Part shown: positions 1 through 10,675 of the stretch, one piece after another
Layout: every line of letters begins with the position of its first letter
Position numbering within the stretch: position 1 is the first letter of the stretch
Assembly: GCF_963853765.1 (NCBI RefSeq)
Contig: NC_088854.1
Coordinates: 41,230,001-41,294,000, forward strand
Reading direction: 5' to 3'
Origin: Magallana gigas
Lineage: Eukaryota
DNA: 64,000 nt
The notes under the pieces: generated by a model
Databases searched by the model: none
Seen by the model: only the letters and a program-made list of their open reading frames with translations
Told to the model about the DNA's origin: nothing
Program-made: the position numbers and the translations under genes

Positions 1-149
1 AGGTAAAATAATACTCTTTATTTCATCTCCTGTAATTTCGCCAAGTCTATTCTGTATTCGCTGGTAAAAATTTGTGAAAACAATGCACTGTTATGCACAA
101 TATCATTTCTTACCGTCTTCTGTACCCCGAATCAAACCAAACAGTTAAA

Positions 150-650
150 CAGCCCAACCCGACAACGAACCCGATTGTAATAACAATACAAAAAAACCCT
201 GCCGATTAAATTTACAACACAATGCTTGACACTATTTTATAAAATTCATTTGTTTGTTAGAAATGATAAAAGGAATGGTACAGGAAAAGGAATGGTACAA
301 GTAACGCACAGTATACTGACTACATACTGACCTCGTTTATTCAGTTACACACCGAACCCGATAACGAACCCGAACATTAAAAAATTGGAAAATAAAAAAA
401 TAATTTTCTCGAAAATATGTCAATCAGACGCTACAAAAGTGTAAACTTGATCTGTAGTTTGACATTTTGAAGCTGCTCAGCAAGTTTCATATTATTCCTC
501 AACTGCATAAAGAAAAAAAGTGTGGAAAACTGAAGTGGGACAGACAGACGGACTGACGGACGGACGGACAGACGGACGGACGGACAGACGGACTGACGGA
601 CGCAGAGGAAAGCTATAGTCCCCTCCGGTGAAACCGGTAGGGGACTAATA
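150..650 (+). mobile_element. 3' part of a non-autonomous Helitron/Helentron-type (HINE-like) element
   Basis: (GACG/GACA)n tract at about 540-602, then a terminal hairpin TAGTCCCCT-CCGGTGAAACCGGT-AGGGGACTA (616-647). Sub-repeats AACCCGA(C/T)AACGAACCCGA lie near 157 and 355. This layout matches bivalve HINE-type elements as I recall them. Confidence 0.65.
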
Positions 651-654
651 AGCT

Positions 655-715
655 TTAATTTTCCCGAGGAGGGGGTCCAGACCCCCTGACCCCCTACTTT
701 CTAGATCCGCACATG
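655..715 (+). mobile_element. 3' fragment of a GC-rich MITE ending CTAGATCCGC(G/A)CATG
   Basis: GGGGGTCCAGACCCCC...CTAGATCCGCACATG. A related, more complete copy lies at 25308-25488. Confidence 0.45.
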
Positions 716-797
716 AAGATTAGTATCTAAAATATATTTTAATCTAAATATAAATAATCAGTTCGGTTTCACCAATAAATATAAGCATTACTTATCG

Positions 798-845
<48 letters not shown>

Positions 846-930
846 TTTGTCCGTCGTCCGTCTGTCTGTCCGTCCGTCCGTCCGTCTGTAAACTTTTTAC
901 ATTTTGAACTTCTTCTCTAAAACCGCTTAT

Positions 931-962
<32 letters not shown>

Positions 963-1055
963 TTATGGGATGGCAAATATAAATTGCAGAAATAAAAGTC
1001 CGATCTGTATTCAAAGCGGAGAAAAACTTGAAACTGTAGAAAAAGGGGTGTGCAT

Positions 1056-1087
<32 letters not shown>

Positions 1088-2665
1088 TTCAATTCAACGT
1101 AGTTTAGCACAAATTATCCTTATGGGAAGGAAAATAGAAATTGCAAAAATTAAGGTCTAATTCTGTTTCAAATCTGAGTTATTACGAAAATAATGATAAA
1201 GGAAAGGCGTGTTTCAGCTTGGGTTCGACATCCGGTAAAATGGGTAGGCAAGACTTGGCCTGGGCAAATTAAAAGATTGGCAGTTATTAATCTGCCAATC
1301 TCATTAAAATTTCAGGATATTTGATGGTCCAGTAATATTTCTATTCGCTGTAAATATTGCCGCAATTTCTATTTACTAACCATATTTGAGTGTTAAGCTT
1401 CGAATTATAAGCAAGATACAGAGATTTGCTCACAATTCTATGTTTGTACACAGATCTTAAAAACTAAAGATTAAAAAAGTAAAAAAAATTGTCAATATTT
1501 ATTAAGACAATTTTCAAAGTCTGTTCTTCCAGAAACCAACTTTAACAACTTATTGTATTGTAAACTTAACCTGTTTTCGTCATTATTACTCCTACTGTAC
1601 ATGTGATCCTTGACTGTGTTTGTGTACATTTGTATAAACTGATTTTGAACCTCAAATACCAGTGAACTGGTTTTGAGTGAATAAAAGAATTGAAAATCTT
1701 AGGCCATTCTTTTTTCCATTTTAAATGCTGAATAGGAAATACCAAGTTAAAAATCTTAATCTGAATGTAATAAACTCATGTTAACAAAATACTCAAACCT
1801 AGGGGAACTGTGAGCTCTGTATCTTGCTTATAATTCTACGATTGATGGTGAAATTTTGGTTGAACATTAGAAATTCTATATGAATTAAAGTATGTTAAAT
1901 ACTTGTACAAACAAAATAAAAGAATGATATTCTGTATATACCTACACCCTGGGGCCCCCTCTTTATACAATGAATAATGTGAAATCTACATCAATTTTGA
2001 TAGTTTTTCAGACACGAGTAATTAAAAACGACATCTTTAAAACAGTTTCCATAGTTCTGACACATTTCTGTTGCAGGGATAGAGTAATTATCGCTATTCC
2101 TAAGAAAATATCACAGCGGAAAATTATCCTGGTTTGTACGTGAGGTAAATAACAGTCATTTAATTATAATGGAGAAAACATTAAATTTTTGAATGTTTTT
2201 ATTTTGAGGAATTGAGCACATTGATGTACAATTTTCTTCTTCACATCTATACATGTAGGATTTTAAAAATAAAATACAATAACTATTATATTTTTTTTAA
2301 AAATACAATAACAAGTAAGTAGTTGATGAAAAAAATGTACCTATATGCTCTCATATATTTTGTTCGCTTTACAAAGTGGGGGGGGGGGGCAGAACGAAAA
2401 TATAGGGAATTAGAAGTAAACAACTTAACAGTGTACCCCTAGCAAATGTTTAGTTTTATATCTTGCGTAGGATTTTCTTATTCAGGTAAAAAATAGTATT
2501 TCATGAAGGTACAATGTCAAAGATTACGTGTATGCAAAAATAAGTGTAAAATTCGAATACTTGACAGTATTTTTTTTTTATTCTACCGAGGGACCATATG
2601 GCACAATATCTTTTGAACGCCCATTGTTGCTCAGGTGACCGATGTGGCCCCAAGGGCCTCTTGTT
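798..2665 (+). mobile_element. CvA/pearl-like HINE element with Cg170-type satellite monomers, interrupted by other insertions
   Basis: 5' end TTTTAGCTCACCTGAGC (798-814), (GTCC/GTCT)n tract at about 849-888, satellite-like monomers (CCAATTTCAACCAAATTTGGCACAAAGCATCC; AAAAATCTTCTTCTC) to about 1210. The matching 3' end GCTCAGGTGACCGATGTGGCCCCAAGGGCCTCTTGTT is at 2629-2665; its start is the inverted counterpart of the 5' motif. Confidence 0.7.
1250..1950. mobile_element. Fold-back non-autonomous DNA element nested in the HINE (boundaries approximate)
   Basis: Perfect 22-bp inverted repeat GAATTATAAGCAAGATACAGAG (1402-1423) vs CTCTGTATCTTGCTTATAATTC (1815-1836), with weaker symmetry next to it. 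Confidence 0.55.
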
Positions 2666-4084
2666 TATGTATACAGGCATACACTAGTACTATGATTATA
2701 AACTAATCATTGAAATATTATCACATCATACGAAATTTCTAATTAATACAATTTTTTTTCCTTTTCTTGAGTAAACAACTTATTATGAGTCTTACTTTTG
2801 GCATTGTTTTCAATGTAGAAGGATACATATTCTGTACAATTTAAGGTAGGGATAATATGGTGTCAATTAGTTCATATGGCCGATTTCTTGTGCAGAGAAC
2901 AGTAAAATTTTTAAAATTTCATTGTGCATGATTTTTCAAAATTTATTGTTGTAGTTTGTTATAAATTATTCATTGATATATCAACAAGAAAGAATAGAAG
3001 GTATAGACAGGCATATGTATCACATCCAAGTTGAGTTTATCTGTAGTTTCCTTACCCCCCCCCCCCCCCCCCCCCCGGCACCACAATTGACAATACATGT
3101 AATTGCATATAAATCATACAAATGTTTACTTTGTATTAAGTATAACTCTCTAAAGATGTAAATAAGCACTACAAAGATGTGTGTACTTAATATACTTCTA
3201 CATTACACATAACCAGATAAAATGTAATCAGGGTGAAGCTACAAGGGGCGACTGGTGCAATTTTACCAATTTGTCGCCATACACACAGAACACCAAATAA
3301 AGAAACTGTGTGTGGTGTGGGGAATGCATAGAAGATGGCGGCAAATTATATCAAATAATCAGTGCAAAAACCAACAAATAGACAGTCATTTGTTACTTAT
3401 CCTGCAAATACATTGATAAAAAATGTTATCGTCACATAACATAGCCGATAAAGTTAACGTTTACATATGGTCAACGTACATGTAATTCTAATATACAAGG
3501 AGGCGGACGTATCAGGCGGGGATCCAGAAAAGTGAATTCCAAAATTGATCGGTTGAATTACATTAAATGTTTGAAAATTGTTTTAAACTATCGCACGGGT
3601 CAAAATGCATAATAGAAGCTTCAATGTATGTACAGTGTACTTGGAAACTTTCATTTTATATCAATATGTATCAATAACTATTATAACAACTGTGAGTATA
3701 GCACAAGCAATTCATAATGTCCTTTACCGGCACAACCCCCCTCCCAATAAAAAAATGAAACAATTGTCGTTTTATTTGCTAAACATGTATGTAGAAAAAC
3801 TGGTTCAAGATTTTTCTAAAGGACATACCCGATAAGTAATAAAAAATGAGTCGTTTAAAACTAATTTCGTCATATTAGTTAGGTTCATTTGGGTATATTT
3901 TGGTCCATTTGGGTAAATAGATGCACTAGCGCAGCTATAATTTATGTATGATCAGACAATAAATTCGAAATATTTTCAAAAATTGATAGCTTTAAAACCA
4001 GTGGATAAAAAAGGAACGCAAGTCGAACTCGATGAGTGCTAATAGCTGTGTTGAATAAATGGTTCAGTAGGATATGCGCAAAAA

Positions 4085-4527
4085 AGTAGGTAGTGTAGAT
4101 TGAAGTTTCTTCAAATCATGGTCCCCGGGGGTAGGAAGGGGCCACAATGGGGTGATGGATTTTTAAACCTAAAGAAAATCTTTAAAAATCATCTTCTCAA
4201 AAACTGTTAGTCCAGAAAAGCTTAAACTTGTGTGGAGGCATCCTCAGGTAGTAGTGTAGATTCAAGTTTGTTCAAATCATGGTCCCCGGGGGTAGGGTAA
4301 GGCTACGATGGGGGATGAATTTTTACATAGGAATATATGAATATATAGGAAAAGAGAAAAATCTTCTTACAGGTACAACAAAAGGGACTTGGTATTTACC
4401 ATATAATATATGTGGATGAAAATTGACAGATTTTTAAACATTTTTGAGCAAGATCTTTTGTACTTTGTTGTGAAGATAATTTGATTTTGATACTATAATG
4501 CTAATTTGATCAGAGTTAGGGCTATTG

Positions 4528-4565
<38 letters not shown>
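4085..4565 (+). mobile_element. 5'-truncated CvA/HINE element with two satellite monomers
   Basis: AGTGTAGATT(G/C)AAGTTT(C/G)TTCAAATCATGGTCCCCGGGGGTAGG recurs at 4092 and 4253 (period 161). The 3' end TCTCAGGTGAGCGATGTGGCCCGTGGGCCTCTTGTT matches the one at 2629-2665. Confidence 0.75.
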
Positions 4566-4567
<2 letters not shown>

Positions 4568-4624
4568 ATTTTATCCACATTTTGTTTACACAAGAAAACT
4601 TATCTTTTAAACAAATTAGGACGT

Positions 4625-5170
4625 ACATTATCATAGTTAGATAACAACAAAATTTTATGATAAACTTGATGACTCCAATTTTTCTACTGTCAACCTTCCT
4701 TACTTATGTAGCAATGCACCTTCATCACCAGCATATGGAGTTTTTGTCTCTCAGTTAATTCGATACACAAGGGCATTTTTTACGTACGAACGGTTTCTAA
4801 GGCAAGGCAAACTACTGACAAACAAGTTGATAAAACAGGACCACCAACAGTCTTGATTGAGGTCATATTTTCTTAAATTCTATAGTCGATACAACGACCT
4901 TGTCAGCAAATACGATCTTCCACTGTGTAGCATGCTAACTGACGTTTTTCAAACTTATTGTTAGACCTTATTTACTCACCTAATTGTCTACGGATTTTTC
5001 ACTTTTCGAGATTACGACCAAGAGCACAGATATGGCCGGTCAGCAGATGATGCTCACTCCTCTACGGCACCTGATACTACCTCTTATTTTATCAGAGATT
5101 CGTGTTTGCTCTTCTTATGTTATGTATTTTCCTTTGGACTTTTGATTTTGATCCCTGTTCGTTATCATTA
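4625..5170 (+). mobile_element. Penelope-like retroelement remnant (C-terminal RT region plus 3' flank)
   Basis: Frame from 4641 reads ITTKFYDKLDDSNFSTVNLPYLCSNAPSSPAYGVFVSQLIRYTRA...KLLTNKLIKQ...S*LRSYFLKFYSRYNDLVSKY. This resembles the YDKRDDF-F-IVNFP-L-SNIP--PAYG-Y-SQL-RY pattern of invertebrate PLE RTs. One in-frame TGA. Confidence 0.75.
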
Positions 5171-5419
5171 CATGTCATCAGATAAGTAGATAAGATAATT
5201 TAAAGTTTCTTTTATATGGTTCCCTAGACTATAAACGAGATCTTAGTATCCGTAATTCTGCTTGCAACTTTTGGTCTCATATAGCTGAACTACTACTGCC
5301 ACTGGCAGCTAATTCTGCAGGGTGTTAATACTTTTTCATAGTCACCTAATTCAAAATGACTTCAGTTAATGTAATTGTTTAATGTTCTGCCTGACAACAT
5401 TTCAAAATAAAAGAAAGCA

Positions 5420-6640
5420 TAGCTGTACTCTTTTGGGGTGAACTTAGCTGAAACTGAAAGTTTGTTTTTATTAGTAAGCATTAATTTAGTTAGTTTTTTT
5501 CATTTACATATTATTTTTTTTTATTAAAGTCTTAATTTGTAGAATCCAATTTTACGTTTAAATTAGCCTGATTGAAAAAAATTTCAATTTTTGCACTCAC
5601 TATTGTACATTTGTAACAAACACAGCTTAAAATATGATTTTATTTAAACATTTCAATTTTTAGTTTCAGTATTGCAAAAAAAGACATATTGTAAAATGTT
5701 AATGTACACTGTACATTAAGGATTCAAAAACATTAAACTATGATTTAATCTGGCAAAAGGTGCCAAATTTTTGCACTCACTATTGTACATTTGTAACAAA
5801 CGCAGCTTAAAATATGATTTTATTTAAACATTTCAATTTTTAGTTTCAGTATTGCAAAAAAAGACATATTGTAAAATGTTAATGTACACTGTACATGAAG
5901 GATTCAAAAACATTAAACTATGATTTAATCTGGCAAAAGGTGCCAAATGTATGTTTAGTTAAATTTGGTAATGGCAGCGGTTTTGAAAAGATATTGATTT
6001 AAAGTGCCGATAAAATTTCAAAATGGGGTTTGGTTTCTTGAACACTTGAAGATATGTCGATATAAAAGTATAACCATTAAATGCCTTTTGTGACGAGTAC
6101 ATGTATGTATATAATTATTCATTGTGTGTATTATTAGTTCATTGGTTTATCAGTTACTTTATTTATTTAGTTCTTAATAGTCATACATAATAGTCATAAT
6201 GTGTGTTGATTCTAAACACTTTTTAAAAGTTTATCTGTTCATATAATATAATAAATATAATACGTGAAAATCGTTTAAAAATTCGATATAGGGTAAATCT
6301 TGGATTTGGTTTGTGTGTAACCAAATCTCTGAAACATGTAATCTTGGTACTTTCGTGCAGGAATATATTTCAAAGATACATGTATTCCTCAGATTTGGTT
6401 AAATTTGTTGTTTCACTTGGCTATGTAAAAAACAGCAAAAATCATAACATTGCTTTATTCTGCTTTGTTTCTTTAAGCAATCAGCTCACTTTCCTCTTTG
6501 AAAAAATACTTTCATACATAACCCAATTTATTGTATATTTCATTCCGTATTGACAAAACTATGATTGATTAATTAATTAAGAAAAACAAATTGAACGTAC
6601 AAAACAAGATACTGAGATAGATTCGTTACTAATTTAAACA
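5420..6640. repeat. Diverged duplicate of the block at about 14140-15150
   Basis: Collinear matches: GAAACTGAAAGT (5450/14168), GATTTAAAGTGCCGAT(A/G)AAATTTCAAAATGGG (about 5996/14523), GAAAATCGTTTAAAAATTCGATATA (about 6266/14774), ATAACCCAATT...TATATTTCATTC.GTATTGAC.AAAC (about 6518/15022). Confidence 0.8.
5589..5948. repeat. Near-perfect 180-bp tandem duplication
   Basis: TTGCACTCACTATTGTACATTTGTAACAAAC starts at 5591 and 5771. Only about two differences seen between the units. Confidence 0.9.
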
Positions 6641-7680
6641 AGGTATACAGAGTGCACATGTCTTCCAATCTCAAGAGATATTTCGTTTTCTGGGTTGCTG
6701 TGGAAATAGTCCTAATGCCGTGTTTACCTTATCACAATATACAAATTAATTTAATTACTCTAACGTTCGACACACGCATTAACAAAATTGACGTGAAAAT
6801 ATTTCTCAAAACGATGGTTTTACGAACAGATTTCTTTAACATGTTTAGGAAAATGGCAATAGGCGCTTAAAACTTTATGTCTTAAAAAAGTTTACATGTA
6901 AACAAAATATGTCGACGCCGAACATTTTTTATTGCTATTTTAATCAAATATTTAACAATGTTTATGCCTGTTGAGCGTCAAAAAATATTTATTTTCGGAT
7001 CGTACTAGCTCGGTCTATCAAATGTAAGATTATGAATACTATCTATGAAATTTATTCCTCGATGAGGGGGGAAGGGTGGGGGGGGGGGCAAGGGAGGTAC
7101 TGTAATCCGTCCTTCATAAAAAATGTGAAAGGCAAAGAGAAAACACATGATACATACATGTAACAGTATATTCTAGGTCGGCTCTAGACTTATTTTACCC
7201 TGTATTTTACATTTTTACACATCTCAAAGATGACTGGTAACAAAATGTTCTTTTGGCCGACACTTTCAGAGTTTTGTTTGTTTTTTTTTAAATTACGTTT
7301 TGAAATGTGAAAATTTAACTGAGGAATGAAAAGTCTTTTGGTTTATTTTCTAATTTAAATTTACAGCTTTCATTTATCATCAATCATAATTTATATATCA
7401 ACCTGTCAAATTGTCTGTCTAATTAATTATGTCACTACATTTTCTTTAACTACTTATTATATATAATAATTGTTTTCAACATTTTTATACATTGAATAAA
7501 AAATTATTTGATAATTAAATAAATGAATTTTCAATTTTACAAAATGTATTACATCTTAAGTTGTTTTTGGCAAGTAGAATTTGGTATGGGATAGCGCAAT
7601 TTTTGAGAAAGGGGTATCATATTATCCTCAAATATAGAGAGAGACCACCTGTCAGGTAGAAAGGGGATGTGCACAAAACA

Positions 7681-7895
7681 ATATATCCGGGTTTTTTCGC
7701 GTGTCACAAAATTTGCAAAAATGGGGAAAATCTGTAACATTTTTAATTTGCGTCAGTAAATTTTTGCGATTTAAAAAGTTTGTTATAGAAAATAATGCAG
7801 GATATAATTTCTGCATATTCAATTATTTGCGATTTAATAGAGAGCGCGAAAAAAGCGAAAATTTGATTATCGGGAAAATTACCGGATATACGGTA
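7681..7895. mobile_element. MITE, about 215 bp
   Basis: Inverted termini ATATATCCGGGTTTTTTCGCG vs CGGGAAAATTACCGGATATACGGTA, with internal TTTGCG/CGCGAAAA repeats. Confidence 0.55.
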
Positions 7896-8099
7896 TGTTT
7901 GCAACACCTGTGTTTTTAGAACAATGAATGTGCAATAAGCATCTATTGGATGATACATTCACGTGATCATTTGAAAATTAATTTGAGAGAGACATGGATT
8001 ACCTGTAAGATTCGATCCTAGATGCTAAATGGGGAATGAATATTTCGCATAAGAAGTATTATTGTTTTTCACCTTTTTCTTTTAATTTTTATGTAAGTA

Positions 8100-8410
8100 C
8101 CTTCGTCAGCGTAGACATAATGTGACGCTCTAATTGATTTAAACTATTGGCGAATATGTTCAGCGCTGTCATAATGCGACGCTCTTATTGATTAAAATTA
8201 TTCGAGAATATGTTCAGTGACGGCGGACATAATGGATGATTTTGTTTACGATAGACGGATATTTCGTAACATCGAATTTTAAAAGGCGATTGAAAATAAA
8301 ATTGAAGAAATTTATAAGATGGCGGACATATGACGATTTTTTCAAAAAGGTGTCGGACATTTCGTGATGGCAGACATAACGTGACGGCGGACACAACGTG
8401 ACTCAATACA
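8100..8410 (+). repeat. Cluster of short TGACGGCGGACA(T/C)AA-like repeats, probably a DNA-transposon subterminal fragment
   Basis: The motif or variants recur at about 8218, 8317, 8352, 8367 and 8382. Confidence 0.4.
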
Positions 8411-8535
8411 TTTTTTAGTGTCAGCATTCGTAATTCATGGAAATGTTATATGGGATGTACAGTAACAAGCCACAGTGAGCAAGAGTTTTCAAGTAAAAAA
8501 GAATGTTCGTCGTGCACGTGTGTTTGAAAAATAGA

Positions 8536-8729
8536 TACTCTGGTTTCATTAATTTTCGTGGATTTTCTGAAACCACAGTTTCAAGGATACGTAATTTCGT
8601 GGTTAATGATCTTATCAATACAAAATGTACGTTGAAATTGAACTTTAATGAACATTTAATTCTGTGGATAAACTTAACAATGAAATCCACGAAAATTGGT
8701 ATTCAACGAATATTGATGAAACCACAGTA
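8536..8729. mobile_element. MITE family TACTGTGGTTTCA, copy 1
   Basis: TIRs TACTCTGGTTTCA ... TGAAACCACAGTA. The interior is the reverse complement of the copy at 26796-27006. Confidence 0.8.
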
Positions 8730-9531
8730 GGTTTTGTTTTAACGATGGAAAGGAAGGGAGAATTAACGCAACAATTTGTTACTTTTTGTCTTCTAAAGTA
8801 GAATGTAAGTAAGTATCATTATTTTAAATAAAACCGAAGCGGTCGGTTTGGTCGACCAATTGAGCGATTCCATTCATCTTGAAAAGGGTGTAACTTGCGT
8901 GTCTTACTAAATGTACATAAAACATTTCATGTTTATGTTTATACGGTAGATTTTCTCTGAAACATCATCTTAAGTATAATATATATTGTTGTTGACAAAG
9001 CAAATGTCAAATGATTGATTTGATTCCTTCCTATGGATCGTTGAATGAGTTCATTCAAAGCATATTTGAAGTTGACTATTTTTGTTGATAATTTGTTAAA
9101 ACAAAAATGTAAATATAAAATGCTTTCTTTTATGATTCATACTGCTTATGAAGGTAGCTATCGTTGCATAAAACGCGGGTTATGTATTTTTTGCAATGTC
9201 GTTACCTTCATGCCTCGCATGAATCACCAAAGAAAGCATTTCATTGTTCGAATAAAACTTCAAAACCTGTAAACCTTTAATTTTAGCTGACTTTTCTACA
9301 CTCCCAACAAATTAATTGGTTGCCAAACAAATAAAAACAAACTTGAGAATTGTACGTAGTTTTCTTTTATATGTAAATACATTAAAAGAGTTATATCATA
9401 TTAGAAGATCCAAAGCACAATTCGATTTGGTATTGTATTTTTATACGATTTATGAATTTTTAAACCTATTTCAACATTTAAAAACGTCTTCTTATATCAG
9501 GATACATTTTCAAATAAATTATATTGAAAAT

Positions 9532-9533
<2 letters not shown>

Positions 9534-9610
<77 letters not shown>
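9534..9610. repeat. (CA)n microsatellite
   Basis: Uninterrupted AC dinucleotide run. Confidence 0.95.
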
Positions 9611-9613
<3 letters not shown>

Positions 9614-10675
9614 TCAAGAATTCATTTAAAGATCAACCCTTGAGAACGTTTTGTAAATGTGCATTTTAACCAACAAATATTCTAAATTTTGCTTCTTAGT
9701 TGCTTAAGTAGGAGTTTGTAATACGTTCATACATAAATAGTTCTGTTTAAAGGACATGATTACGTCTTGCACAACAAGTTTAGCTTTTTTTTTTAAAAGC
9801 TTACCGTCTTTAGAACAAACCCTAAACAGCAATTAGTTATCAAAGACAGTTTCATTCTTTTTATATAAATGTCACCTTCCTCTACATAGCATGGCGAGTG
9901 GAACATTTTATGTCAGTCATGTGTCGTTTAAGCCTGCGTGTCTAAAATTGAGAACTGCTTACCCGAGCTTGTACATGTAAGTTGAGATCGACTATAGGGT
10001 AAAAGAGATCCTAGGATAGGGTCGTAGACTCGTATTATTTTTATTAAATCAAAGTTATACCACTGCATTTATCTATCTAAGGTGCAAATAACTTTACCGA
10101 TATTAGGCATACTGCATTAATTTTTTTTATTTTGCATAAATATTTGAATAAACAATGCTAAAAGAAAACCAGATAATTTCAATAGATATTATAGAATGTT
10201 ACTTTCACTAGTTGGACCTGACAACCAAAGGCTGAATTTCATTCATAGCAATTTGTATTGCTTTTTCGTTTTCTCTCTTTTTAAGATTTGAAATCTACGA
10301 AATTTGTTAAGTCGTACATGAAAAAGGTCATCAGAAAATTATCTCCCTTGCGCCGAACAGTATTTCAACCAATGAAATAAATGTAAATTTTCACATCATG
10401 TATTTTCTACCAATCACAAAGGAAAGGAAGTTTATAACCCAGAGACTGTGAATTATTTCAACTCTTTATACCGTCTTCCAAGGAAGACGGTAATCATTTT
10501 GGTGTATCAAGCGAACTTGAAATTTGGTGTAATATTTATTGATTATCAAACGAATTTTAAATATATGTCACATAAAAGGTAGAAGTTCATAGTACATACA
10601 TTTACATACATATAGAGACGGCGACCTTTTTAAATCAATAATTTTCTCTCGATTGATTATCAAGCAATTTTTTTA

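Noticed and set aside
904-1086. 60-aa ORF MNFFSKTAYPISTKFGTKHPYG
   Set aside because: It is a translation of satellite monomers inside a HINE element, not a gene.
5030-5110. Possible hammerhead ribozyme in the Penelope-like 3' flank
   Set aside because: PLEs often carry hammerheads, but I could not find the CTGANGA and GAAA core in a foldable arrangement on either strand.
9316-9669. 117-aa ORF with an HT repeat
   Set aside because: It is held open by the (CA)n microsatellite; no other coding signal.
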